A stretch of 64,000 nucleotides of DNA, from the NCBI GenBank assembly GCA_964016885.1, contig OZ024757.1, positions 23,374,001 through 23,438,000 on the forward strand. The letters are read 5' to 3'. This document shows, in pieces, positions 1 through 14,474 of the stretch; positions within the stretch are counted from its first letter, which is position 1; every line of letters starts with the position of its first letter. The notes beneath the pieces were generated by a model, which was not told where the DNA came from, did no database searches, and saw only the letters and a program-made list of their open reading frames with translations. The stretch comes from Eledone cirrhosa. Its lineage: Eukaryota. The position numbers were made by a program, and so were the translations under genes.

Positions 1-599
1 ATAGCAGTAAGACTGCTGGCGGTCACATGGTTTTCCCAAGGGGAGGTAACCCCGGTTTTGGTGGTCGAAATTCAAATTTTGAACAAAGGAATAAATTCCT
101 TTCCACAAACCGAATAAAGCTCTTGACCAGACGTTATTAAACAAACATAAAATATTAACCAATCAATAGAATTGTCTAATTAAATTAATTAATTAATCGT
201 TAATATATATATATATGAAATAGAGTAAAGACAGTTACGTTTGCATAATTGTTTTATTGTATAATGCATATTTAAATGACATTTTGATCAGTAATCATGT
301 AATGATTACATCATTAATAGGCCCCATGTGATATTATCAGATGTCTCATACAATTATGTGAAGTAGTTATGCTGCTATGTTGATATGCCAGTGGTCAGAT
401 ATTACCATCCTGGTGTAATGCCAACAATCATATGTCATATTGCAAGTAATATTGCATGGTAGTGATATCTGGGCAGTAAATGCACACTTACAGGACACAT
501 TCAACAGTGCATATTATATTACATAGTAATGAGACGGACAACAAATGCACACTAATACTACACATTCAGTGGTGCATGATACATTTGTTTCTCTTCCAG

Positions 600-1597
600 A
601 TTTCACATATTCCATCCGAGACCATCCCATCTTATTGAAATTTTGTGCTATCATGTGTGTAATAATATGAACTCCTTCATGGTTATAATTTAAATTTGAA
701 CACTTTCACTCTTAACTGTAATAATTTAGCAGAAAATATCTAAAAATGGGTTGGGTTAATTCATATGATCGTTAATAGTATTTTTACTAATGAAAATTGT
801 GAAAATTTGCAGTATTAAAGTAAGGAATTCAGTATTTAATATGATATAGTCGTAGTGCTGTTTTGTACTAAATGTTTATAGTATCTTTACAAGTAGACAG
901 ATCATTGTGAAAATTTGCAGTATTAGAGTAAGGAATTCAGTATTTAATATGATATAGTCGTAGTGCTGTTTTGTACTAAATGTTTATAGTATCTTTACAA
1001 GTAGACAGATCGTTTGTGAAAATTTGCAGTATTAGAGTACGAAATTCAGTATTTAATATGATATAGTCGTAGTGCTGTTTTGTACTAAATGTTTATAGTA
1101 TCTTTACAAGTAGACAGATCATTGTGAAAATTTGCAGTATTAGAGTAAGGAATTCAATATTTAATATGAAAAACTGCATTTTTTCAGCTTTTTGGGGTTT
1201 TTTTGTGGCGTTACGTCAGACCAATTTCCTTGAAATTGTAACTATGTATTAGTCAGTCTCTTCTTCATACCGTGAGCAAAGAAAATCCAACTTTTGTATG
1301 GTGAAAAACTTCATTTTTTTCAGCTTTTTAGGGCTTTTTTGAGGCGTTACGTCTAGCCGATTTTCCCGAAATTTCAAGGCATATTATGCACATAAAAAAA
1401 ATTCATTTTCTTGATCCCCTAGGGCCCGCATTAGGTAAAAACCTGCATTTTTCCTGCTTCATCGAGGATAATCTTAAAGATTATCCAGCCATCAGAATAT
1501 TCAGTTTATTTTCTTTACATATTGTCCAGGCATGCAGTTTTTCCACGATTAGGTCTGTTGGCGGCCCGTGTTCCAAAATACCGGGTACTACTGCTAG
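600..1597 (+). mobile_element. Non-autonomous Helitron-like element, 3' part (5' limit uncertain)
   Basis: Subterminal GC hairpin cccg...ccggg (1565-1585) followed by CTAG|T (1594-1598); carries an internal 108-bp tandem repeat. Confidence 0.6.
797..1169. repeat. ~108-bp tandem repeat, ~3.5 copies
   Basis: ttgtgaaaatttgcagtatta recurs at 797, 905, 1014 and 1122. Confidence 0.95.
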
Positions 1598-1601
1598 TAT
1601 G

Positions 1602-1678
<77 letters not shown>

Positions 1679-1982
1679 ACGGATGGTCAGTGAGTCAGCT
1701 GGCTGGCCGGATGGCTGGATAGAAGCAAACAGACATAAAATCCCAAAGAGGAAGAGCGATGTAAATATTTATATATAAATTGGATGGGGAAAGAAAGAAA
1801 GAAAAATGTTCGAATGAGAGGAAAGCCAGAAACAGAGATTCAGATGTCAGTAAGATCAACTGATAGTAGGGGCCAGGGCCCTTAGATACCTTTTATTAAT
1901 CTATTTATATAGGTTTGCTTTTTTTCTTCTAAAGAGATCATTATTATCAGGAAAAAAAATCATTGTTATCATCATTATTATT

Positions 1983-2540
1983 AATCCACCACCCGATAAT
2001 AATAATAATAATTGTTTCTACTTTTTGGCACAAGGCCAGCAATTTGCCCAGTACATTACTGGTACTTTATTTTATCGCCCCCCGTAAGGATGAAAGGCAA
2101 AGTCAAATCCCGCCGAGGTTAACTTTGCATTTCATCCTTACGGGGTCGATAAAATAGAGTACCAGTAATGCACTGGGGGTAATTGCTGGTCTTGTGCCAA
2201 AAGTAGAAACAATTATTATTATTATTATTATCGGGTGGTGGATTGGCAGTATTGGTAGAGCGTTGGACACCATGCTTTGCAGCATAGAGTTATGGCCCTT
2301 TACGCTCTAAGTTCCAAATCCAGCCAAGTTTAACTTTGCCTTTCATCCTTACGGGGTCGATAAAATAAAGTACCAGTAATGCACTGGGGTAATTGCTGGC
2401 CTTGTGCCAAAAGTAGAAATTATTATTATCGGAGGAGGGGCAGTATTGGTAGATCGCCAGATACTCTGCTTTGCATGATAGAGTTATGGCCCTTTAAGTT
2501 CTGAGTTCCAATTCCGCCGAGGTGAGATTTGCCATTCTCC
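1983..2540. mobile_element. SINE-B cluster: inverted 3' half, then tandem plus-strand copies
   Basis: tRNA-like A box (tggcagtattgg) and B box (gttcaaatcc); core gcctttcatccttacggggtcgataaaataaagtaccag; tail gtagaaacaattatt(att)n. Confidence 0.9.
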
Positions 2541-3030
2541 ACCACCACTACCACCAGCTCCTTCACCACCACCATCACCACCAGCAACTCCCCCACCACT
2601 ACCACCAGCTCCCCTACCACCACCATCACCACCAGCAGCTCCCCCCACCACTGCCACCACCACTACTACCACCAGCTCCTTCACCACCACCATCACCACC
2701 AGCTCCCCTACCACCACCATCACCACCAGCAGCTCCCCCACCACTGCCACCACCACCACTACCACCACCACCACTACCACCACCACCACCTGCTCCACCA
2801 TCACTGCCACCACCACCACAAACCACCACCACCACCACCACCAGCTCCACCACCACCACCACTACCACCACCAGCTGCTCCACCACCACCACCACCACCT
2901 GCTCCACCATCACTGCCACCACCACCACAAACCACCACCACCACCAGCTCCACCACCACCACCACTACCACCACCAGCTCCACCATCACCACCACCACCA
3001 CCACCACCACAACCACCATCACCATCATTC
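2540..3030. repeat. Degenerate (ACC)n microsatellite
   Basis: accaccacc/accagc/ctccc units; explains the poly-H/P/T/V/G ORFs. Confidence 0.95.
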
Positions 3031-3160
3031 ACCAAAGTTCCAGTAAACAATTATTGACATTTAAACATTCTGACAGTTATTTTATCTCCCCCGCCCCTCA
3101 CGCCGCGACCAAATTTGTCATTTATATTTTTATTTTAATATTATATTTATTAAGGCTGCC

Positions 3161-3192
<32 letters not shown>

Positions 3193-3479
3193 TGTGACGA
3201 GGAGCGGGTGGGAGGGGCTGAATGCTGTGGGGGTGGGGGTGGGGGTCTTTTCATTTCAAGGCTAAATAAGTTTTATAGCTGTAGATCACATTGATACTTC
3301 CTTCCTCTGGTAACATAGAAACCTACTAACTAATTATCTTACCTTATCATCTGATCAAATATAGGAAGTTAGGGAGTCAGAAATTGGATGGATCTGGTGT
3401 AAGAAGGGAGGAAGGAGTCTGACAACTCTGTTTTTACAGCTCATTGGAAAATAAAAAAAGACTATTGATAACAAAAGAC

Positions 3480-4170
3480 TGTTGGTTGGTTGGTTGGTTG
3501 GTTGGATTGGGTTGAGTTGATTGGATAGATTGGAGAGTTGGTTGGTTGAGTGGCTGGTTGGTTGGAATGGGTTGAATGGATAGATTGGAGAGTTGGTTGG
3601 TTGGTTGGTTGGATTGGGTTGGGTTGATTGGATAGATTGGAGAGTGGTTGGTTGGTTGGTTGGATTGGGTTGATTGGATAGATTGGAGAGTTGGTTGGTT
3701 GAGTGGTTGGTTGGATTGGGTTGATTGGATAGATTGGAGAGTTGGTTGGTTGGTTGGTTGGTTGGATTGGGTTGATTGGATAGATTGGAGAGTTGGTTGG
3801 TTGGTTAGTTGGTTGGTTGGTTGGTTGGTTGGATAGATTGGGTTGGGTTCATTGGATAGATTGGAGAGTTGGTTGGTTGGTTGGTTGGTTGAGTTGATTG
3901 GATAGATTGGAGAGTTGGTTGGTTGGTTGGTTGGTTGGATTGGGTTCATTGGATAGATTGGAGAGTTGGTTGGTTGGTTAGTTGGTTGGTTGGTTGGTTG
4001 GTTGGTTGGATTGGGTTGGGTTCATTGGATAGATTGGAGAGTTGGTTGGTTGGTTGGTTGGTTGGTTGGATTGGGTTGAGTTGATTGGATAGATTGGAGA
4101 GTTGGCTGGTTGAGTGGCTGGTTGGTTGGATTGGGTAGATTGGTTAGTTGACAGGCTTGCTGGCTGGCTG
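3480..4170. repeat. (GTTG)n plus ggatagattggaga compound minisatellite
   Basis: Recurrent gattggatagattggagagttggttggttg units. Confidence 0.95.
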
Positions 4171-4570
4171 GTTGTGACCTGGATATATTTTAAACCTGGC
4201 AAGGAGTCCATCCCTCCTTCTCCAGATCTGAACGGAGGGTGGGCGGGGGGGATTCTTCTCGGGGGGGGGGGGGGAATATATATATATGTATATATATATG
4301 TATATACATATACATATATATACATACATATACATATATATACATATATATACATACATATATATATACATACATATATATATATACATATATATATACA
4401 TATACATATATATATACATATACATATATATATACATATATATACATATATACATATATATATACATATACATATATATATATACATATACATATATATA
4501 TACATATATATATACATATACATATATATATACATATACATATATATATACATATATATACATATATATA

Positions 4571-5592
4571 TCATCATCATCATCACCGTTTTACGTCCGT
4601 TCTTCCACGCTAACATGGGTTAGACGGGTTGTCCTGTTGTGGGCAGTGTCTGGTCGGCTGACCATGACTTGCTCATACAGGAACTGATCTGACTTGATTT
4701 CTACAGCTGGATGCCCTTCCTAACACCAACCTCATTTACAGTGAGTGCTGGGTGCTTTTTCGTGGCGCCTACACGTCCACTTTACAGTGTGGGCTGGGTG
4801 CTTTTTTTGCCGTGGCACCTCCACGACCTCCTTGCGGTGGGGGGGAGTGGGGGCATATTGTTTATATGCTTCAGCTTGTACCCATGGGAGGTCGGGTACC
4901 CTGTATTACTGCGCGACGCCAGAAGTCACGGTCGTGTATCATTGTCTTTGAGAGGTGTAGTTGGGTAAGGTCGGCTTTTATCACCTCATCCCAAGTCATC
5001 TTGGGTCTCCCCACTCCGCGGTTTCCATCAACTTCTAGTGCTCTGTACCTTTTTATGCAGCTGTCATCCTTCATACGCATCACATGTCCATACCAGCGTA
5101 ACCGCCTCTCCTGCACGCAGCATTTGATTCCTCTTATGCTCAGTCTCTCTCTCAATTCCTTTATGCTTTGTCGTTCACGTATATTACTGTTACACATCCA
5201 TCGGAGCATGCAGGCTTCGTTTCTCTCTAATCTACTTAAGTCTTCCACCTTCAGCGCCCAGGTTTCACTACCATGCAACATCGCTGTTCAGATACACGCA
5301 TCATACAGTCTGCCTTTCATTCTGAGGGAGAAGCCTTTTGCAGCTAGCAGTGGTAGTAGTTCCCTAAACTTCTTCCATCCCGTTCTTACCCTAGTTATTG
5401 TACTTTCTGAGCACCCACCTCCGTTGCTAATTCGGTCACCTAGGTAGCAGAAGCTGTCTACTGTTTCTACAGGGCCCTCCCAGAGATTGGTGGTACTTGT
5501 TTCCTGTGGCTGTTTGCTTGCTGTTTCAGCACAGCTGCTGCATGTGAATCCTACATTCTTAATTAAGCTTCCTGAGATCCCGCTACATCTCT
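4571..5592 (-). mobile_element. 5'-truncated RTE-clade LINE (family 1): ORF C-terminus, 3'UTR and (GAT)n tail
   Basis: Translation [58 protein letters not shown]; one in-frame stop at ~5288; flanked by (TA)/(TACA) tracts. Confidence 0.92.
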
Positions 5593-6690
<1,098 letters not shown>

Positions 6691-6826
6691 ACGATGTATA
6701 TATGTGTGCGTACACCCACACACCCACCCACAAACCCACACAATTGGCCTCAACATGAAAGCAACGTATGTAGTGCATTATATGAGGTGCAGACGTTCTC
6801 AACAATTGCATCAAAGCAATCTACTG

Positions 6827-7238
6827 CAGTGTTATAGAGATTCTGGTAATTGTGCCCTGATGTTATTGTTATTGTTCAAGTCTCTTTATTACCAACAGAT
6901 TCAAACTAATGACAACATCAACAGCAATACTGATATCACTCAATACTAACCAATATTGTACCCGACTTATACCCCCCCCCCCCCCCTAGGCCCACCTGGT
7001 CCCCCTTCTCCATCTCACCATCAAATACCAGTGTTATAGAGATTCTGGTAATTGTGCCCCTGATATAAATGTTATTGTTCAAGTCTCTTTATTACCAACA
7101 GATTCAAACTAATGACAACATCAACAGCAATACTGACATCACTCAATACTAACCAATATTGTACCTGACTTATATCATCTCCCCCCCCCCCCCCCCTAGG
7201 CCCACCTGGTCCCCCTTCTCCATCTCATCATCAAATAC
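6827..7238. repeat. ~202-bp tandem duplication
   Basis: cagtgttatagagattctggtaattgtgccc...tcaaatac starts at 6827 and 7029. Confidence 0.95.
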
Positions 7239-7656
7239 TATCTTATTCTGCACTGATTTGCTATCATCACAGCTCTAAACATTGACTAACCCGTAATATA
7301 TAATCTACTCCTTTTCACACCCGCAGCAAACTATTTTTGCTAAGTCATTTCATCACATGACTAGAATTTATTAGCTGCAGTTTTCTACATTCTCAATGCC
7401 TACCATTAACTGCAACAATGGCCACCACTGCCGTCCATCCATAACGGTTGTTAGTCTCCCTAGAAACTACCATTAAGATATACTGTTGTGTGTATGAACC
7501 TGTGATGTCTGATGGAGTCATAGAGGCACCGTAGTGACATACAGTCTGTCTTGGATTTTTTTTTTTTAAACTGCTGGAGCATGTTTTATCTTCAGGTGTG
7601 AATACAGTTGATTACTTCCAAAGAATGGTGTGCGTGTGTATATATCTATATCTATA

Positions 7657-8045
7657 TCATCATCATCATCATTTTACGTCTGCTTTTCCCTGCTTGCAAG
7701 GGTGGGACGGGAACTGATTCTGGCTTGATTTCTACAGCTGGATGCCCTTCCTAACACCAACCTCATTTACAGTGTGGGCTAGGTGCTTTTTTGGTGTGGC
7801 ACCTCCACGACCACTTTACAGTGAGTACTGGGTGCTTTTTTTACCGTGGCACCTCCACGACCACTTTGCAGTGGAATGATATGGACCCCAGTCCCTATCA
7901 TCTCATTTCTACAGCTGAGTAAACAGGAACAATGTGAAATAAAGTGTCTTGCTCAAGGAAACAACCAATCACCCGGTCTGAGAATTGAACTGACAACCTT
8001 TCGATTGCAAAGCCAATGCTCTAACCACTAAGCCATGTGCCTCCA
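7657..8045 (-). mobile_element. SINE-A (tRNA head, ccttgagcaagacactttatttc core, RTE-derived tail)
   Basis: Near-identical to the copies at 14475, 26464, 39190, 40759, 41594 and 52498. Confidence 0.92.
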
Positions 8046-8060
8046 TATATATATATATAT

Positions 8061-8848
8061 ATATATTAGAAAGATCGAGTATCGAAAAATCGGCGCACGA
8101 GTTCACGATAAACGAGATTCGATATGAGCGGCAGAGGGCTCAATAATTCAGATGAATCAGAGCTATAACTATCGTTAAAATACCGTCACATATAGAACAA
8201 GTCTACAATCAACCATACGATTTAAAATCGATAGAGGAAGATTCGGGACAAACAGATAAAAAATATCAATAAAACAATACGTCAATAATTTAAATGAATG
8301 TAAAATCATACCCGGAGAATGTAAAATCATACCCACTAGACAGGTGTTAAATCTAGCTTCATGGGTTTCTGTAAATCCTTAGACTGTACTCTATCAGCTC
8401 ACATATAAATATAAAAACCTACTAGAGTAAGCGGAACGGAGTTTTACTTTCTCAACGAGTTTTTTCCTGGCGGCAGAGGAGCCAACTACCAGTGAAAAAC
8501 GCACATGGCATTAGACAAGGGAGATGACCCCTATATCCGCGAAAACAATTCGAGTGAATGTGGAAATACACATATCGAATTAGAGTACTCAATAGACATG
8601 TTAAAATAAAACAAAAGCTATTCATCACTCAATAGAATCGACAAAAAATGAGCAATAAAATTAACTGGTGGATAGCTATGTCCAGAGCTAAATATATTAG
8701 AAAGATCGAGTATCGAAAAATCGGCGCATGAGTTCACGATAAACGAGATTCGATATGAGCGGCAGAGGGCTCAATAATTCAGATGAATCAGAGCTATAAC
8801 TATCGTTAAAATACCGTCACATATAGAACAAGTCTACAATCAACCATA

Positions 8849-8852
<4 letters not shown>
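8061..8852. mobile_element. 792-bp element with 161-bp terminal direct repeats, inserted in (TA)n
   Basis: 8061-8221 matches 8692-8852 with one visible difference; no TG..CA ends and no ORF. Confidence 0.75.
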
Positions 8853-8900
<48 letters not shown>

Positions 8901-8905
<5 letters not shown>

Positions 8906-9094
8906 AACGAGTAGGACCCCGACGGCTGAGCTCAAGCTGTTTCGACGGCTAATTCTGGATCAGAATTAGCCGTCGAAACGGCTTGAGCTCAGCCGTCGGG
9001 GTCCTACTCATTCCTATTACCCACTCTACTACTCTAAGTATTGAGTACTTTGGTGCGTTATGGTCCACCTGGTTCCTTACCACATTTCCTCCGT

Positions 9095-9096
<2 letters not shown>
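8901..9096 (+). mobile_element. PLE-like fold-back element: 57-bp palindrome with hammerhead 3' half
   Basis: 8901-8957 / 8961-9017 inverted; gacggctaattctg-gat-cagaattagccgtc followed by GAAAC; related copies at 37309-37432 and 13041-13063; flanked by (TA)n. Confidence 0.65.
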
Positions 9097-9126
<30 letters not shown>

Positions 9127-9534
9127 CCAATGCTGGCTCTGGGTAACTACCACCCACCCTTCTGATTGGCAGACATGGCTATGTACTCCTGACTTTTCCC
9201 TTTTGCTTACACATAGACACACAGGTATCCTCCTACATATTGAATGTCAATTCGCTACTCTGCGAACCATTTAATGACTTCATGGGGCAGAAGTGGACAT
9301 CACAATACATAGTGAAGGTAACCCCTCTAGCAGGGCAGTGACTCTGATTTAAAAATGACTGCATGGGGCAGACATAGGCTCTGTAATCCATAGTGAAGGC
9401 TACCCAATTACGAGAGTAGATACTCCAAATAAAAACTGATGCAGGGTGGAGAGGACTCTTAAGTCCAGTAAGACAACCTCTTTAGTGTTGGTGGCACGAA
9501 CAATGAACCCAGTAAAGTGGTTGGTGATAGGAAA

Positions 9535-9828
9535 CATATAGACAATATGCCCCCATCCCCTTCTACTGCAAAGTGGTCATGGAGGTGTCATGACAAAAAG
9601 GCACGCAGACCACACAGTAAAGCGGTCGTGTAGGCGCTACAGAAAAAAAGCACCCAGCACTGACTGTAGATGAGGTTGGTGTTAGGAAGGGCATCCAGCT
9701 ATAGAAATCAAGCCAAAATCAGTTCCCAAATAAGCAAGACAAGGTCACCTGACCTAACACTGCCCACAACAGGACAACCCGTCTATGCCATGCTAGCCTG
9801 GATGAACATAAATCGGTGATGATGATGA
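9535..9828 (+). mobile_element. RTE family-1 3'UTR/tail fragment
   Basis: aaaagcacccagcac..ggaagggcatccagct..acaggacaacccgtc..gatgatgat. Confidence 0.85.
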
Positions 9829-10012
9829 TATATATATATATATATATATCAGTTTATAAAGTCATCTGTCTCTAATACTTAGACTTTTCTATGAAAGGAT
9901 AAGATATATTAATGAATTATCTATTCAGAGAAATAATTAAACACATTATGAGTAAAACCAACTTATTTTAGTCAGTCAAGCTTCTATCCACCCTAATAGG
10001 GATTTTGGCTTA

Positions 10013-10045
<33 letters not shown>

Positions 10046-10050
<5 letters not shown>

Positions 10051-10150
10051 AAAGCAATCAGACATAACAAAACAAATGACATAGTACAATGAAGAAATAT
10101 ATTATTAGTTTTACACTAGTCCTTCATCAGAAAATAGAATGAGAAATTAA
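10046..10150 (-). mobile_element. Degenerate PLE-like end with CTGATGA; same family as 38870-39052
   Basis: Reverse strand reads cattctattttCTGATGAagg..ctaataatatatttc..ttttgca(ta)n and parallels 38920-39052. Confidence 0.5.
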
Positions 10151-10275
10151 AGATTCCTTAAACACTCCTTCCATCAGGTCCTGTTAGAAGCAACCATCTT
10201 CAATTAATCTGGTTGAATTCCCAAGTGAGACCATCTGAGATCATAGATATTATCCAACCACCATGCAAGGGGTCA
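10150..10275 (-). mobile_element. Expander/Rex3-type RTE 3' fragment
   Basis: Reverse strand tggttggataatatctat..gatggttgcttctaacaggacc..ggaaggagtgttt matches 26028-26130. Confidence 0.7.
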
Positions 10276-10284
10276 AATCCTTAC

Positions 10285-10612
10285 CCATGCCACTAATATT
10301 TTCCAAGGTATAGACAATGGCTGATACAGCTTGGCAAGAGTGACATCATAACTCATATACGGTATACACACTATATATACACTGTAAACACTTTATATAC
10401 ACTATATATGACGTTGTCCAAGGGAAAAACCAAAGGCCTATACAGCTTGGCACCAGTGATCTTGTAACTCATTTCTACATCTGAGTGAGCTGACGCAACG
10501 TGAAAATAAAGTGTCTTGCTCAAGGACACAATGCGTCGCCTGGTCTGGGAATCGAACTCACAATCTCACGATTGTAAGCCCAACACTCTTGCCACAGAGC
10601 CACACAGCTTCA
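10285..10612 (-). mobile_element. SINE-E copy with an internal duplication and a short TA/TG spacer
   Basis: tRNA head and cttgagcaagacac core; gccaagctgtat..ccttgga module occurs twice. Confidence 0.8.
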
Positions 10613-10909
10613 CCATAGAGCAAGGTAGTGTAACATGTTTATTAGGCTGGCTTTGATGTCAGTGATGGTAAATGGGAGGTGACATAACACAGAAGCTCTC
10701 TCTCTCACACACACACACACAAGCAATACTTTTTCACACAACAATGCTTGCCGAGTTGCAGCTCTTATCAACTTGATACACATGAAACAAGTTAAGAAAT
10801 AGAAAGAACTCAAAGAGAAACCTCACTACATTGGATTAGTTTCACTGTATTTACTGCTTACAGTCTCTAGAAAAACTTATTACAGTTGCTGATGATGTGG
10901 TGTGTGTAG

Positions 10910-10968
10910 ATATATGTGTCTGGTTACGGCTCTGTGTGTGTGTGTGTGTGTGTATATATATCTAACTT

Positions 10969-11005
<37 letters not shown>

Positions 11006-11012
11006 CTAACTT

Positions 11013-11046
<34 letters not shown>

Positions 11047-11063
11047 TGTGTGTATATATATAA

Positions 11064-11106
<43 letters not shown>

Positions 11107-11329
11107 CATATATATAGTGTGTGTATATATATACATATATATAGTATGTGTGTATATATATATATCTAACTTTGAGAGTGTGTGTGTGTGTATATCTAAC
11201 TTTGAGTGTGTGTGTGTATATATGTATATATACATATATATAGTGTGTGTATATATATATCTAACTTTGAGTGTCTGTGTGTGTGTATATATATCTAACT
11301 TTGTGTGTGTGTATATATATATCTAACTT

Positions 11330-11365
<36 letters not shown>

Positions 11366-11690
11366 CATATATATAGTGTGTGTGTATATATATATCTAAC
11401 TTTGAGTGTGTGTGTGTGTATATATATATACATATATATAGTGTGTGTGTGTATATATATATCTAACTTTGAGTGTGTGTGTGTATATATATATATATAT
11501 AGTGTGTGTGTGTGTATATATATATCTAACTGTGTGTGTGTGTGTGTATATATATATCTAACTTTGTGTGTGTGTGTGTGTATATATATCTAACTTTGTG
11601 TGTGTGTGTGTGTATATATATCTAACTTTGTGTGTGTGTGTATATATATATCTAACTTTGTGTGTGTGTGTGTGTGTATATATATCTAAC

Positions 11691-11721
<31 letters not shown>

Positions 11722-11888
11722 CTCACTTTGTGTGTGTGTGTGTGTGTATATATCTAACTTTGAGTGTGTGTGTGTGTGTATATATATCTAACTTTGTGCG
11801 TGTGTGTGTTTATATATATCTAACTTTGTGTGTGTGTATATATATCTAACTTTGTGTGTGTGTGTGTGTGTGTATATATATCTAACTT

Positions 11889-11919
<31 letters not shown>

Positions 11920-12062
11920 CTAACTTTGTGTGTGTATGTGTGTGTATATATATCTAACTTTGTGTGTGTGTGTGTGTGTGTATATATATCTAACTTTGTG
12001 TGTGTGTGTGTGTGTATATATATCTAACTTTGTGTGTGTGTGTGTGTGTATATATATCTAAC

Positions 12063-12097
<35 letters not shown>

Positions 12098-12138
12098 CTA
12101 ACTTTGTGTGTGTCTGTGTGTGTGTGTATATCTAACTT

Positions 12139-12169
<31 letters not shown>

Positions 12170-12433
12170 CTAACTTTGTGTGTGTGTATGTGTATATATC
12201 TAACTTTGTATGTGTGTGTGTGTGTGTATATATATCTAACTTTGTGTGTGTGTATATATCTAACTGTGTGTGTGTGTGTATATATATATCTAACTTTATG
12301 TGTGTGTGTGTGTGTATATATATCTAACTTTGTGTGTGTGTGTGTGTGTGTATATATATCTAACTTTGTGTGTGTGTGTGTGTATATATATCTAACTTTG
12401 TGTGTGTGTGTGTGTGTGTATATATATCTAATT

Positions 12434-12464
<31 letters not shown>

Positions 12465-12590
12465 CTAACTTTGTGTGTGTGTGTGTGTATATATATCTAA
12501 CTTTGTGTGTGTGTGTGTATATATATCTAACTTTGTGTGTGTGTATATATATATATATATAGTGTGTGTATATATATATACAGTGTGTGT
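10910..12590. repeat. (GT)n-(AT)n-CTAACTTT compound minisatellite
   Basis: Dozens of gtgtgtatatatatctaacttt units. Confidence 0.95.
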
Positions 12591-12872
12591 TAGTCCCACC
12601 CTTGCAAGCAGGGAAAAGTGGACGTAAAATGAAATGATGATGATGATACGTATATATATATATATGTGTGGCTCCATCTGTGTGTGTATAAATATATATA
12701 ACTGTGTGTGTCTGTCTGTGTATATATATATACATATATGTGTATGTGTATGGCTCCATCGCTGTGTGTGTGTATATATATGTGTGTATATATATATATA
12801 TAGTTATGTATATATGTGTGTGTATGTATTTATGTGTGTATATATATATATATGTGTGTATGTAGGTATCTA

Positions 12873-12917
<45 letters not shown>

Positions 12918-12994
12918 GTATATATGTGTGTGTATGTATGTATCTGTGTGTGTGTGTGTGTATATATATTTATGTATATATGTGTGTGTATGTA

Positions 12995-13040
<46 letters not shown>

Positions 13041-13069
13041 AAGGAAGTGTGGTAAGGAACCAGATATAC

Positions 13070-13103
<34 letters not shown>

Positions 13104-13244
13104 GGGTATGCATGCATATATATATATGTGTGTATGTGTGTGTGTAAGTGTGTATATATACATATATACATAAACACACTTGCTTCAAGTAATATATGGT
13201 TGAATAATTCAACACAACAAACTTCATTTTCATATTGTTGTTGT

Positions 13245-13298
13245 TATGTGTGTGTGTCTGTGTGTCTATGTGTGTGTATGTCTATGTGTGTGTAAGTG

Positions 13299-13329
<31 letters not shown>

Positions 13330-14197
13330 CTGTGTGTGTGTCTGTGTGTGTGTGTGTCTGCGTATGTGTGTGTGTGTAAGTCTCTCCATGTGAGTGTGTG
13401 TAAGTGTGTCTAAGTGTGTCTGTGTGTGTATGTGTGTGTGTACGTGTGTCTAAGTGTGTGTAAGTGTGTCTATGTCTGTGTGTGTGTGGGCGTGTGTGTA
13501 AGTGTGTCTAAGTGTGTGTGTAAGTGTGTCTATGTGTGTAAGTGTGTCTATGTGTGTGTGTACGTGTGTTTGTAAGTGTGTCTGTGTGTGTGTGTGTACG
13601 TGTGTGTACGTGTGTGTGTGTAAGTGTGTCTAAGTGTGTGTGTGTATGTATATATGTAAGTATGTATGTGTGAATGTCTAAGTCTGGATGAATGTGTGCA
13701 GATGCCAGTAATGTGTGTGTACACTTATGTTTGTGTCTGTATAAGTATATGGCTGTGTGTGTGTGTGTGTGTGTAAGTATTGGTGGTAGTAGTGGTGGTT
13801 GTTACCATAGTACATATGGCTGTGTGTGTGTGTCTGTGTGTGGCTGTGTGTGTGTGTGTGTGTGTGTGTGTCGTTGTGTGTCTGTGTGTGGGTAGTGTGT
13901 GTGTATGTGTGTAGTGTGTGTGTAGTGTGTGTGTGTAAGTGCACCTGTGGTAGTAGAGGTGGTTGTTACCATAGTACATATGGCTGTGTGTCTGTGTGTG
14001 GCTGTATGTGTGTGTGTGTGTGTGTCGTTGTGTGTCTGTGTGTGGGTAGTGTGTGTATGTGTGTAGTGTGTGTGTAGTGAGTGTGTGTGTAAGTGCACCT
14101 GTGGTAGTAGAGGTGGTTGTTACCATAGTACATATGGCTGTGTGTGTCTGTGTGTCTGTGTGTGTGTGTGGGGGGGGTCTGTGTGTGTGCGTATGTA

Positions 14198-14230
<33 letters not shown>

Positions 14231-14472
14231 CTGTGTGTGTCTAAGTATTGGTGGTAGTAGAGGTGGTTGTTACCATAGTACATATGGCTGTGTGTTTGTG
14301 TGTGTGTGTGTGCTGTGTGTGTGTGTGTGTGTGTGTATGTGTGTGTATGTGTGTGTGTGTGTGTGTCTGTGTGTGTGTGTGTGTCTGTGTGTGTGTGTGT
14401 GTCTGTGTGTGTGTCTGTGTGTGTGTGTGTGTCTCTGTGTCTGTGTGTCTGTGTCTAAGTATTGGTGGTAGT
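13245..14472. repeat. GT-rich array with four ggtagtagaggtggttgttaccatagtacatatggctg anchors
   Basis: Anchor at ~13785, 13949, 14103 and 14253. Confidence 0.9.
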
Positions 14473-14474
14473 AG

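Noticed and set aside
2426-3197. Poly-His/Pro/Thr/Gly ORFs
   Set aside because: The (ACC)n repeat is open in most frames; it starts inside a SINE and shows no splice or domain evidence
10910-14472. CRISPR-like anchor and spacer appearance
   Set aside because: The spacers are just (GT)n of variable length; the context is eukaryotic and there are no cas genes
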